Assembly (NCBI GenBank): GCA_903944345.1
Contig: CAJARJ010000018.1
Location: 120,581 to 184,580 of the forward strand
Direction of reading: 5' to 3'
From: Candidatus Omnitrophota bacterium
Lineage (GTDB): Bacteria; Omnitrophota; Gorgyraeia; Zapsychrales; Fredricksoniimonadaceae
DNA: 64,000 bases
Shown in pieces: positions 9,878 to 19,900 of the stretch. Position numbers and translations under genes: made by a program. Under the pieces are notes generated by a model. The model ran no database searches, was not told where the DNA came from, and was given only the letters and a program-made list of their open reading frames with translations. Numbering within the stretch: position 1 is the stretch's first letter; each line of letters opens with the position of its first letter.

Positions 9878-11203
9878 TTAACGGATCAATCTATCAATAT
9901 CCTCAAACCCAAGAGCCTGCCATTCAACTTTATACTTTGGATAACTGGCGATCAGGGCCTTTGATTTTGCCTTTAATGCCGCGAGATCAATTCGGTCCTT
10001 GTTCATCTTAACTTCAGCAATAACCAGTTCTTTCTTCATATCGTTCATCGCCACCAGATCGATCTCGTTCTGATGATCCTTCTCCCAGTAAGACCCGATC
10101 TTATTGAATTTCCCAGTCTCCGCGAATAACGCCTGAAAGAACTGCTCAAGGACGCGGCCGGCATACGTCGAATAATCGCGCCTGATCACATCCCGAATAT
10201 ACTCAAAGTTCCCAGTCTCAACTGCGGACCGATTCCGATAAATGAACCGAAACCAGAATGCCAGGAAATTATCCGTGATCCGATACTTTTGGGACTTCGA
10301 ATTAGGCTTGGCATTGATCGGCTTATACTTCTCGATCACGGCATAGTCCCGTTCCAAGCGCTCAAGATACCCGCCGATATCTGACTCAAGAATGGACTGG
10401 ATCTCCGAGCGGCCCGTCTTCCCCACAGAGATCAACTCAAGAATAGAGAAGTATGTCCCATATTCCTTGCCGAACTCTTCGATCAACAGATTTCTGCCCT
10501 CATTGAGAAACGGCGAATTGGCCTCGACTACAAAGTTAAGCATCTCTTCAAATGTAAAGGCCTTATTCTCCACTAACAAATCAATATATTTTGGGCTCCC
10601 ACCGGTGAAAAGGAAATAATTGAACACCGCGGCAGAGTCCTTAACCTTATAATCACGCAGGATACTTGCTGTTGTCTTAACCGAAAAAGGCTTGATCATG
10701 AACATCCGATCCGCTCTATTGAACAACGGCTCTTTGGATCCTTCAAATATCTTGTGCATCAGGGAATAAACTGATCCAACGCAAATGACATTCAACTTGC
10801 TCTTGGCCTTGTTCAGATCCCAGAGTTTCTGCACCTCGGAATAAACTGACGGATTGATGTTGTAGAACTCCTGGAACTCATCAATGATAACAGTGAACGG
10901 CACATCCTTGGCGATCTGCAGCAACAACTGAAAAACATCACGGAAGGAACGGACATCCCCGATTACAGGAGCATCTGGGAACGATCGTTTGATATCTGCA
11001 ACAAACTCCTCACAAAGCAACACCTCAGACTTCTTGGCTACAAAAAGGTAAAGGTACTTCTTATCCTTGGCAAACTCTAAGGACAAAAGAGTCTTCCCCA
11101 CACGCCTGCGGCCGGTAAGAACGGCCATGCGGGAACCGCCTTTTGTCTGCCCCATCAATTTGTTGAGTTCAACCAATTCCTGCTGTCTATCATAGAATCT
11201 CAT
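9878..11203 (-). CDS. AAA+ ATPase of the archaeal-ATPase/DUF234 family
   Basis: Walker A motif LTGRRRVGKT. Walker B-like motif VIIDEFQEF. The C-terminal DUF234-like region (NFLAFWFRFIYRN) is present. A GGAGG ribosome binding site lies 8 nt before the ATG at 11203. The gene is AT-rich relative to its neighbours. Confidence 0.75.
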   Translation of the reverse strand: MRFYDRQQELVELNKLMGQTKGGSRMAVLTGRRRVGKTLLSLEFAKDKKYLYLFVAKKSEVLLCEEFVADIKRSFPDAPVIGDVRSFRDVFQLLLQIAKDVPFTVIIDEFQEFYNINPSVYSEVQKLWDLNKAKSKLNVICVGSVYSLMHKIFEGSKEPLFNRADRMFMIKPFSVKTTASILRDYKVKDSAAVFNYFLFTGGSPKYIDLLVENKAFTFEEMLNFVVEANSPFLNEGRNLLIEEFGKEYGTYFSILELISVGKTGRSEIQSILESDIGGYLERLERDYAVIEKYKPINAKPNSKSQKYRITDNFLAFWFRFIYRNRSAVETGNFEYIRDVIRRDYSTYAGRVLEQFFQALFAETGKFNKIGSYWEKDHQNEIDLVAMNDMKKELVIAEVKMNKDRIDLAALKAKSKALIASYPKYKVEWQALGFEDIDRLIR

Positions 11204-11394
11204 AATTGTAACCTCCGTTACTGTAACCAAGGTTACTATATAAAGCGGTATTTGTCAATGACTGGATAAATAGAAAGCCCCTCGTGATCTTACGATCACA
11301 AGGGGCTAAACTTCCAAATGCACTCCGTTGGGCACATTATGGTCACATATCTAAGATGTTAATTCCCGACAATATGCACTGCAACGATTTATAA

Positions 11395-11415
11395 ATAATG
11401 GCGGAGGTGACGGGA
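11395..11415. repeat. Degenerate copy of the ssrA 3' terminus (attR-like direct repeat)
   Basis: AATGGCGGAGGTGACGGGA at 11395-11415 is compared with TAATGGTGGAGGTGCCGGGA at 12782-12802. Identity is 19 of 21 positions, in the same orientation. The repeat lies 7 nt beyond the toxin gene stop. Confidence 0.5.
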
Positions 11416-11424
11416 GAAAAGGTA

Positions 11425-11793
11425 TTAACGATACAGCCCGACAATCCTTGCCCTGTCCTCATTCTCTTTATCGCCCTTATAGTAAATCTCAATGAACTCA
11501 ACCACATCTCCCGTCGATAAATAGGAGTAGATTACTCTGATACCACTCTGCGCCCCCTTGCCCTTGAGTGACTTGCAGGCAAACTTCTTGGCTTTATAAA
11601 CTTTCGGCTCTTCAATGCCAAGACCAGCAATCCGCACAACACCGCCATTATCCACGCCCAGCTTGTGTGTCAGAACTAACTGCTTATCAATGAATACATC
11701 CAAATCTTCGTCCAGCGACTGAAATTTCTTCAGCAGCTTCTTGAATTCCTTCTCAAACTCCGGCAGTTTCTTAATCTCAGTGAACTTCTTCAC
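11425..11793 (-). CDS. RelE/ParE-superfamily-like toxin (toxin-antitoxin module)
   Basis: 122 aa. A lysine-rich N-terminus is followed by KSLKGKGAQSGIRVIYSYL...IEIYYKGDKEN, which resembles the RelE/ParE core pattern (K.L.G...YRiiY...hRkd). It overlaps the upstream antitoxin gene by 17 nt. Confidence 0.6.
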   Translation of the reverse strand: MKKFTEIKKLPEFEKEFKKLLKKFQSLDEDLDVFIDKQLVLTHKLGVDNGGVVRIAGLGIEEPKVYKAKKFACKSLKGKGAQSGIRVIYSYLSTGDVVEFIEIYYKGDKENEDRARIVGLYR

Positions 11794-12565
11794 TATACGA
11801 CCTCACTGAGTATGGCTGTGTACGATAAAAAACAGATTCATAGTCAATGATGTCGCCTTCCTCCGTTGTCATCCACGGCACATCACGATGCGAGTAGTCG
11901 CTAATTTCAACTGCCTTCATGTGGGACAATTTAGCAATAACGTCGTCGATAACCTCGACTTCCCTTGCGTTTAACTGCTCCAACCTCGGCTCACGCAATG
12001 GCAGGTATTTCTTTTGCGGGTACTGAAAGAACTGGCTTTCAATCTTTTCCAATTCCTGGCTCTGAATCATGTCTTGAACAATCTCTTTGAACTCAACAGG
12101 AGCTGGTCCATGAGGCAGTTTCTGGTAGGTTGCTCCGACAAGCTGCTCCTCGTACTTCTCATAATAATCAAAATCAATGAAGTACAGCAGTTTATACAGC
12201 ACTGTTTCCCCGACATTCGGCTTAGACCCGACCTTATCGAGGACATACAACAGCACTTCCTTGAATTTATCTAGCTTCTTTTGAGGAACGCTGATACGGA
12301 TTTCCTGCTTAACTTGTTTGGGCGTTTTCTCCAAATGGACTTTAACCGCTTTGTTCCAATCCAATAAAGCATCCGTGCCCATCTGAAACAACTTGGCAAA
12401 ACCTGCCAGCTCTTCAGCACTCAGCTTTCTCTCCCCATTCTCCAACTGCGAAAGAGATACCCTGCTAATCCCAAGAGTTTTTGACACCTGCTCCTGAGAT
12501 AAGCCAGCCTTCTCCCTGAGTTCTTTGATGCGGGAACCTATTTTCTGTCCAAAATTACCACTCAT
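11777..12565 (-). CDS. HTH-XRE plus Panacea (DUF4065) domain antitoxin-like protein
   Basis: N-terminal XRE helix-turn-helix (GLSQEQVSKTLGISRVSLSQLENGERKLS). The C-terminal LYKLLYFIDFDYYEKYEEQLVGATYQKLPHGPAPVEF matches the DUF4065/Panacea pattern. Confidence 0.7.
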   Translation of the reverse strand: MSGNFGQKIGSRIKELREKAGLSQEQVSKTLGISRVSLSQLENGERKLSAEELAGFAKLFQMGTDALLDWNKAVKVHLEKTPKQVKQEIRISVPQKKLDKFKEVLLYVLDKVGSKPNVGETVLYKLLYFIDFDYYEKYEEQLVGATYQKLPHGPAPVEFKEIVQDMIQSQELEKIESQFFQYPQKKYLPLREPRLEQLNAREVEVIDDVIAKLSHMKAVEISDYSHRDVPWMTTEEGDIIDYESVFYRTQPYSVRSYSEEVH

Positions 12566-12725
12566 GGGGCACCTTCCTTATCTAAAACTTGCCTGAAATC
12601 TACCCAAGATTACCATGTGTTGGATAATCTGTCAATTAGATGTCATATATTGCTACAATTAAAGGCAATACAAACAACTCTTGCCTCTACCCAATGGGCA
12701 CCTTTGGGGCACAAACATTTCTCCG

Positions 12726-12772
12726 TAAAAACACGAACGCCGCAAGTCGTTCATTGATAACAGCTTGCGGCG
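12726..12772 (-). terminator. Intrinsic terminator of ssrA
   Basis: Stem cgccgcaag/cttgcggcg at 12739-12747 and 12764-12772. On the minus strand it is followed by TTCGTGTTTTTAC. Confidence 0.55.
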
Positions 12773-12781
12773 CAGTGAAAC

Positions 12782-12802
12782 ATAATGGTGGAGGTGCCGG
12801 GA
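12782..12802. repeat. ssrA 3'-terminal att core (partner of the 11395-11415 repeat)
   Basis: See the repeat at 11395-11415. Confidence 0.5.
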
Positions 12803-13175
12803 ATTGAACCCGGGTCCTTGTGTGTCTAAGATTGAGCATCTACATGCGTAGGCCGTCTTTAAATCTTGTTTTACGCGTTTCAACGGTCAAACCCGCGTAA
12901 AACCAGCCCTCTTGATCTTGTCCTTCCGGCGAAGGCATCGGAAAGACCAGCCTGTTTAGTTCCAATAGTAAAGCGACAGACTCCCTTTACTACAGGGCTT
13001 AGTCTTTTATTAGACTAAGGCTGGTGCTTCAGCTCCGGCCAAAATGGCCTCGGCTTCGGCGACGACGTCGTAGTTGTCGTTTGCGTTTGTTTTTTGATGG
13101 ATTTATACGAGGCCAACCATCATCCCCGGCATGCCACCCAGCCCCGGCTCACTCAAGTCGAGACCAGTCACCCCC
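12786..13175 (-). ncRNA. ssrA: tmRNA (SsrA)
   Basis: The 5' end is GGGGGGUGA (reverse complement of tcacccccc at 13168-13176). The 3' T-arm and acceptor end is GGGUUCAAUUCCCGGCACCUCCACCA (reverse complement of 12786-12810). The acceptor stem carries a G3.U wobble. A tag frame reads GCA AAC GAC AAC TAC GAC ... TAA TAA. smpB lies 560 bp away. Confidence 0.85.
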
Positions 13176-13278
13176 CTAAATCTCAATGAACAGATAAAAC
13201 ACTTTACCCGGTAAAAAATTACAGGCTTATTATACCTCAAAGACCCGCAGGAAGCAATGCGCCAACAAAGCCAGGCCC

Positions 13279-13719
13279 TCAGGATCCTTTTAACGGATAC
13301 CCGTTGACCAGATCGAAGTCAATGTCATCCTCCAGAAGCAGAACGCCGTCTCTGTCTTTAACCCTGAGCTTTCCCTGCCCGGACAAAGACTGCATTTTCT
13401 TCTCGTCAAAAAAACACGACCAGGGAGCCGACTCGTGCCTCATGGTCTTGCTGCAGCGTAAAGAGGCTATGGACTGCCCCTGGCTGGCAAGCTCCATCTG
13501 AACAGTATTCGCAAACGCGATCTCGCGGCTGTCAACCTGAATGCCCGTAACCCCCGCCGGAACATGCTCATCCATCAGCCGGTAACGAAACGAATCTTTG
13601 CGTTTCAACGCCGGATCAAACCCGCGGCCTCCCCAGTTGATACCCGCCCCGGCTGCTGTCATCAGAAAGAAAAACGTGACCAGAAACAGAAAGATAGCCC
13701 GAACGGAAAAACTGTTCAT
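13279..13719 (-). CDS. Secreted hypothetical protein
   Basis: Signal peptide MNSFSVRAIFLFLVTFFFLMTAAGAG. No recognisable domain. Confidence 0.5.
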   Translation of the reverse strand: MNSFSVRAIFLFLVTFFFLMTAAGAGINWGGRGFDPALKRKDSFRYRLMDEHVPAGVTGIQVDSREIAFANTVQMELASQGQSIASLRCSKTMRHESAPWSCFFDEKKMQSLSGQGKLRVKDRDGVLLLEDDIDFDLVNGYPLKGS

Positions 13720-13733
13720 CCCCGCATCCTTTC

Positions 13734-14189
13734 TTAACGGGCCCGGCTGCGTACCGCCCGCGCGATCTCGCGCTTGCTGTCGCGCTCCTTGATATCGGCG
13801 CGTTTGTCGTAAAGCTTTTTACCCTGGGCCAAGGCAATCTCAACCTTGACCAGCCCCCGGGAATTCAGATAAAGCTTTGTCGGCACACAGGTCAGGCGCT
13901 TCTGCGTCAGGTTGCCAAAAAGACGCTTGATCTCTTTTTTATGCATCAAAAGACGGCGTTTGCGGTCAGGATCTTCGTTAAGATAACTGGCCTGCGCATA
14001 AGGCGCAATGTGCATGTTATAGAGCCAGACCTCGTTTTCTTCCACCCGCACATGGGCATCGGCAAAATTGACTTCCGCATCACGAACCGACTTGACTTCG
14101 CCGCCCCGCAATTCGATGCCGCATTCCCATTTCTCGGTGAGAAAATAGTTCTGGTACGCTTTTTTATTGGTCGCCAAGGGTTCTGCCAC
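13734..14189 (-). CDS. smpB: SsrA-binding protein SmpB
   Basis: ATNKKAYQNYFLTEKWECGIELRGGEVKS is a canonical SmpB N-terminus. The basic C-terminal tail is present. Confidence 0.9.
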   Translation of the reverse strand: MAEPLATNKKAYQNYFLTEKWECGIELRGGEVKSVRDAEVNFADAHVRVEENEVWLYNMHIAPYAQASYLNEDPDRKRRLLMHKKEIKRLFGNLTQKRLTCVPTKLYLNSRGLVKVEIALAQGKKLYDKRADIKERDSKREIARAVRSRAR

Positions 14190-14225
14190 AAGACCTCTGC
14201 AAATCGTTTGTTTTCAGCCCGCCTG

Positions 14226-14588
14226 TCAGCGGGCGTAGTCGTCTTCAATGCGCTCTATATCGTCTTCGCCAAAATAATCACCGGTCTGAATTTCGATGAA
14301 GACCAGACTCTCGGTACCTATATTTTCAATGCGGTGCGCACACTCGCGCGGAATATCAATATACTGCCCCACAGCCAGCACACGCGCCACACCGTTAATG
14401 GTCACCCGCGCGGTTCCGCGATGAATAAACCAGTGCTCCTCGCGTTTGCGGTGCCGTTGCAGGCTGAGCCGCTGTCCGGCGTGCACTGTAATTTCCTTAA
14501 CTTTGTGGTCAACCCCGTTGAGAAGAACCGTGTACGTTCCCCAGGGACGCTCGCCCACCGAAACCAGATACTCACGCTGATGTTCCAT
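14226..14588 (-). CDS. Cupin-domain protein (mannose-6-phosphate isomerase type II C-terminal-like)
   Basis: Cupin motifs G(X)5HXH-like (QRHRKREEHWFIHRG) and a second motif are present. Confidence 0.7.
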   Translation of the reverse strand: MEHQREYLVSVGERPWGTYTVLLNGVDHKVKEITVHAGQRLSLQRHRKREEHWFIHRGTARVTINGVARVLAVGQYIDIPRECAHRIENIGTESLVFIEIQTGDYFGEDDIERIEDDYAR

Positions 14589-14740
14589 GTTTCCTCCCGC
14601 TATTAGATACGTCGGAGATTATCGCTCATTTCCCTCGTTTGGCAAAGAAAAATCGTAGCTGTTCTGTTATTCGAAAGGCCTTCTATTGACAGACCGGGGG
14701 ACAACGTCTATACTAACGCACGTTTTTCCCCGTCTTCTAC

Positions 14741-14821
14741 GCGGAAGTGGTGAAATGGCAAACACGCAGGTCTCAGAAGCCTGTGCCGCAAGGCTTGAGG
14801 GTTCAAGTCCCTCCTTCCGCA
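14741..14821 (+). tRNA. tRNA-Leu (anticodon CAG)
   Basis: Acceptor stem GCGGAAG/CTTCCGC. Anticodon stem CAGGT/GCCTG with loop CTCAGAA, giving anticodon CAG. Long variable arm GCCGCAAGGC. T-arm GGGTTCAAGTCCC. The structure resembles E. coli tRNA-Leu. Confidence 0.8.
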
Positions 14822-14921
14822 TTAATAAATTTACCAATTTAAAAGGGACTTGAACTGAGCCCCGCTGGACGCGACGAACAGGAGCATCCTCAAGGCGAAA
14901 CACGCCCTGACCTGCTATTTG

Positions 14922-15782
14922 TCAGAATGAATCCGTGCCCGAATAATTCCTGCAACGGCTTTCGGACTTCTGCTGAGCCAAAGGATCGTAAGCATTATTT
15001 AGCCGGTAAGTCACCTTGACGACAAGCGGAAAAAGCACATCATCTTTTTTAATCCAGATCGTGCTCTCTCGATCATCCGGAACAACCACCCCTTCTGGCC
15101 TGCCATCTTTCGCCGGAGATGAAATAGCAAACGCCTCGCCATACGTCCGTTGGATCACCTTGTCGAGAGTTTCCAAAGAAAGCCAAAGCGTCGTTTTATC
15201 GACAACTGGAGAATAATGATTCGAGTTCCCCCAGGCGATCAGTGGATTACTTTGATCGGGAATGGCAAGTTCGACACAACGATTGGGTGGATCAAAATAT
15301 TCATTGGGGGCTACCATAAACTTGCCGTCGAATGCCCTGTGCATTTGCTCGCCTAGAGCATCCACCGGATATTCTTTATGGTCAGGACTGAGAAATGTTG
15401 ATTTCCCTTCAACCCTGGCATTGATTCTGAGATTCCAGCATTCAGCGCACACATCCTCAAAAGGCTTTGTCTGACACTCTCGATCAGATACTATAAAAAC
15501 CGTACTACCACTGCGATTGCGGACAGCAATAGCCGCTGCCGGATCCCGGTCATGGGTCAACGGTTTATACATGTCCGCTTCGCTCAAAGCTTGCCCGTCA
15601 ACCACGACAAGCTCAACCCCGTCCGGCAGGCGGGAAACATCAAATGAAACATGCTCCACAAACCATGGATCAGGGCTCACCCTGCATTCAGCCTGTACTA
15701 CCGTTTGACTGGCCTGAAACAGGAAAGTCGCACAGATAAACATACAAACAAAAACGACAGACATCTTCTTGTTTGACAGCAT
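14922..15782 (-). CDS. Secreted hypothetical protein
   Basis: Signal peptide MSVVFVCMFICATFLFQASQTVVQA. No recognisable domain. Confidence 0.55.
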   Translation of the reverse strand: MLSNKKMSVVFVCMFICATFLFQASQTVVQAECRVSPDPWFVEHVSFDVSRLPDGVELVVVDGQALSEADMYKPLTHDRDPAAAIAVRNRSGSTVFIVSDRECQTKPFEDVCAECWNLRINARVEGKSTFLSPDHKEYPVDALGEQMHRAFDGKFMVAPNEYFDPPNRCVELAIPDQSNPLIAWGNSNHYSPVVDKTTLWLSLETLDKVIQRTYGEAFAISSPAKDGRPEGVVVPDDRESTIWIKKDDVLFPLVVKVTYRLNNAYDPLAQQKSESRCRNYSGTDSF

Positions 15783-15793
15783 CTGTCCTCCGG

Positions 15794-16933
15794 CTAATCT
15801 CTCGGCGGGCGTTCGCCGTAGTACTGATAATAACTGGCTTCGATAGTCCCGTTGAAAAGCTTTCTTATCCGGTCGGGTTTGGCTCTGGTAAAAGCGTCAG
15901 GAAACTTCTTGTCGGCAGTAATCACATACACTGACCAGCCCTTCATGTGCTTGAGCGCCCGGTCAAACGCGGCGTAAAGCGAAGACAAATCTTCCGGGCG
16001 GCCAAGCTTGATACCATAAGGAGGGTTAGTCACCAAAACTCCATAAGGCGATGACAGTTTGAGATCAGTCACATTGCGGCACTCAAAAACAATATCTTCC
16101 TGCACGCCGGCCCGCTTCGCATTGGCCCTGGCCGCCTCGACCATGCGGGGATCCATATCGGAACCTGTTATCTTCAACCCGCCCGAAGGCAACATAGCCG
16201 TACGGGCCGCCGCCCTGGCCTCTGCCCAAAGGGCCGCTTCCATTAGCGGCCAGCGTTCACTGGCAAACGTGCGCGCCAGTCCGGGAGCCATATTGCGGGC
16301 GATCATGGCCGCTTCAACAAGAATGGTCCCCGACCCGCACATAGGATCAAGCAGAACTCGCTCGCGTTCCCAGAACGTCAACTGAACCAGCGCGGCCGCA
16401 AGCGTTTCGCGCAAAGGCGCGTCTCCGCTGTCCATACGGTATCCGCGTTTGTTCAATCCCGGGCCGGTAGTGTCCAGCGTCAGCTGGGCCGTGTCATTAA
16501 GCAAAGAAACAAGCACCGTAAACTCGGCCCCGGTCTCAGGCAGAAGCCCAACGCCCAGACGCTCCTTGAGCCGCTCCACCATCGCTTTCTTGACAATGGA
16601 CTGGCAGGATCGCACACTGGCAAGAATGGAGCGCACCGATTTTCCGTCTACGGTCATTTTGGCGTCCGCCGGAAGCCAGGTTTCCCAGGAAACCGCGGCG
16701 GTGCCGTCGTAGAGCTGGTCAAAATCAATGGCCGGAAACTCAGCCAGCTTGATCAGAACCCTGTCGGCTGACCTGAGCCACAGATTAAGCAGCGGAACAT
16801 CTTTACGCGCGCCTCGGAACTCTACCCTTCCGTCGGAAACCCTGGTTTCCGCAAACCCCAGCGCTTCAAGTTCCTGCCGGACAACAGCCTCAAGCCCGAA
16901 AGCGCAGGTCACCACAAGGTCCAGCCAGTTCAT
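15794..16933 (-). CDS. THUMP-domain class I SAM-dependent RNA methyltransferase (RlmL N-terminal-like, COG0116)
   Basis: N-terminal THUMP-like region. DPMCGSGT SAM-binding motif. NPPYG catalytic motif. Confidence 0.8.
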   Translation of the reverse strand: MNWLDLVVTCAFGLEAVVRQELEALGFAETRVSDGRVEFRGARKDVPLLNLWLRSADRVLIKLAEFPAIDFDQLYDGTAAVSWETWLPADAKMTVDGKSVRSILASVRSCQSIVKKAMVERLKERLGVGLLPETGAEFTVLVSLLNDTAQLTLDTTGPGLNKRGYRMDSGDAPLRETLAAALVQLTFWERERVLLDPMCGSGTILVEAAMIARNMAPGLARTFASERWPLMEAALWAEARAAARTAMLPSGGLKITGSDMDPRMVEAARANAKRAGVQEDIVFECRNVTDLKLSSPYGVLVTNPPYGIKLGRPEDLSSLYAAFDRALKHMKGWSVYVITADKKFPDAFTRAKPDRIRKLFNGTIEASYYQYYGERPPRD

Positions 16934-19900
16934 AAAGCAGCCTCCGCTTTCCGGTCAAGCTTGACTGTAGCATGATGAAGAAAACGCAGCGACAGATCAT
17001 CCAGCACCGCATAAATACAGGGTGTCACCAGCAAAGTCAAAAACGTCGAGGAGACAAGCCCCCAGACCAGCGCCATGGCCATCGGGCGAATGAACGGGTC
17101 ACCACCGCCGAAATTGTAGGCAATGGTTGTCAGTCCGGCCACGGTGGTAATGGACGTCATCAGGATCGGGCGCAAGCGCAGTCGCCCGGCTTCAACCAGC
17201 GACTCCATGCGGCTGAGTCCGCGCTGACGCAGCATATTGATAAACTCGATCATGATAATAGAACTGTTAACCACAACCCCCGCCAGGCCGATCATGCCTA
17301 CAAAAGCAAAGAAACTCAATGGCATCCCGTGCAGAAAAAAGGCAATGATCACCCCCATAAACCCGAAAGGAATGGAAAGCATAATGGTAAACGGCTGAAT
17401 AATCGAACCAAAAGAAGCCGCCAGAATAATGAAGATCAAAAACGCCGCCAGCAGGGCGGAAACCCCGAGGTTCATTAGACTTTCCATATTCTCCTGGTGC
17501 TGTCCTCCGAAATACAGCGAATAGCCGGGATTGTCTTTGGAAAGGCTGGCGAACTTCTGCTGAAGAACACGGTTAACGGTTAACGATGTCGCCTTGTCAT
17601 CGTCCACCTGGGCGCTGACATAAACAACCCGCTTGCCGTTATAATGGCCGATGGAGTTAATCCCTTCCTTGTCGACTATTTGGGCCACTGCTGTCAAAGG
17701 CACCAGGTCTCCACGGGTATTCGCCACCAGAATCCGGGAGAAAGCCTCCCGGCCGCTGCGGACATCTTCCGGAAAACGCACCAGAACATCAATCTCCTTG
17801 TCGGCTTTCTCCGGCTTGATCGTGGTGGCCAGCCGGCCATAGAAAGCAGCCCGCACTGAGGAAGCGATCTGCCCGATAGTCAGATAAGCCTGGCGTGCGG
17901 CCTCCTCGTTGATCTGCACTTCAATCTGCTGTTTGCCAAAGTCGAAATCATCGCGCACATCTGAAACTCCCGGCATGACAATCAGTTCAGCTTTCAGCTG
18001 AGCGGCGATACGGTTAATGCCCTCGTACTTCTCACCGCGAACCCCGACCTGCACCGGTTTTCCGGTGGGCGGCCCCATCTGGGGAACATCAATGTAAAGC
18101 TTCTCTAGTTCCGGAATTGTCTGGCGAAGTTTTTCCAGTTCCGGCCGCAGCCGCTCGGCAATCTGTTTTGCGGTGGCCTTACGCTGCTGGAAGGGAGTAA
18201 GAAAAACTTTGATCTGGGCCAGATGCGTTCCGGTACGGGACGAGGAACTTCTGCGCTCACCCTCGACTTCGCCAACCGAGGTAGTAAAATCCTTTATCTC
18301 CTCGCGTGCGTCGCGCAGAAGCAGATCCTCCACCTGTCCGGTCAACGCAAAAATCTTGTCCAGCGAAATCCCTCGCCGAGCCTCGGCCATAACCGTCAGT
18401 TCTTCAACCCCGTCGCTTACAAAAAAGACCACCTTGATAAACCGGGTCACCAGAACACCGGTCAAAATCGTCAACCCGATCAAAGAAAGCATGACCCAAT
18501 ACCGTGCCTCAAGCAGACGGCGAACAACACGGGTATAGTGATCCTGCAGTCCGACAAACCAGCGGCGTTCGGGCCTGACCGCAGCGCCACTTTTCATAAA
18601 CACCGCCAGATGCGCCGGCAGGATAATGAAAGCCTCGAACATTGAGGCAGCAAGGGCAATAATTACAATAATCGGAATGCTAACCACAAATTTTCCGGTC
18701 AAGTCAGTCATTAAAAGCAGCGGGATAAAAGAGGCCCAGGTTGTAACAATACTGGCCACAACTCCCAGGCTGACCTCGCTCGCCCCTTCTCTGACTGCCT
18801 GCAAAATAGGAATCCCCCGCTGGACATAACGATAAACGTTTTCGGTGATCACAATACCGTCGTCCACCAGCATTCCCAGAACAATAATAAAACCGATCAT
18901 GGAAACAACATTGACCGTAATCCCCAAGAGATTCATGGCCGCAAAAGTTATAAAGAGCGCTGTGGGAATCCCCAGCGCGGTCATAACAGCCGGCACCGGC
19001 TCCAAAAAGATAAAAAGCGCTATCAGAACCAGGATGAAACCCATATAAGCATTGCTGGTTAGAACACCCAAACGGCGTTTGACATAGAACGACATATCGT
19101 CCACCAGCTGAACCTGGACATCCTGCCGCAAAAGCTTCTGAAAATCTGACACTGTCTGCTTGATCTCCCCCACAGTTCGCAGAACATCCCTTTTTTCTTT
19201 CTTGAAGATCCTCAGTCCCAGTGCTTCTTTGCCATTAAGCCGAGAACGCGTGACGCGATCCTCAAATGCCGCACGCACCCGCGCGACATCCCTGACCCGA
19301 ACCCAGTTACCGGCATCGTTGGCACGCACAATAACGTCCAGGACTTCCTGGGGTGTATAAAACTCGCCGGTCACACGCACATTGAATTCGTCCTCGGCAT
19401 TACGAACAATACCACCGGGCAAAGTAATATTGCGACTCTGCAGGGCCGCGGCCACCTCATCAAAGGAAACATGCCATTCCTGCATTTTCTGCGGATCAAC
19501 CTCAACCCAAACCTCGCGGTCTCTCCAGCCGATATGTCCGACCCGGGCCACACCGTCAAGATCCAGAAGCAGGTCTTCAAGCTGTTCCGCGTACTCGCGC
19601 AGAACTTCCTCGGGCACATCGCCACCGATATAAATATCCAGAACCGGCATGATCTTGGTTTCCAACTCGGTGACTTGCGGGTCTTCGGCTTCATCCGGCA
19701 GGTTATCGACCCGGTCCACAGCGTTGCGCAAATCGTCCACCACCCGTTTCTTGTCACTGGCCTTGGGATCAATGGTCACCGAAATGGAAGAAACGCTCTC
19801 CACCGAGGAAGAATCGATACGTTTCACACCGGAAACGCCGCGCAGTTCTTCTTCAATAGGAATCGTCAGCAGTTTCTCGACGTCATCTGCGGGAGCTCCG

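Noticed and set aside
14205-14240. Inverted repeat gcccgcctgtcagcgggc downstream of the cupin gene, considered as a terminator
   Set aside because: There is no T-run on the minus strand after the stem. It may be a regulatory or structural element, but the evidence is too weak to call.
14667-14903. 78-aa minus-strand ORF
   Set aside because: It overlaps the structurally convincing tRNA-Leu(CAG) gene.
16972-17478. 168-aa His/Arg/Gln-rich plus-strand ORF
   Set aside because: It is antisense to the RND permease and has low-complexity composition, so it is a shadow ORF.
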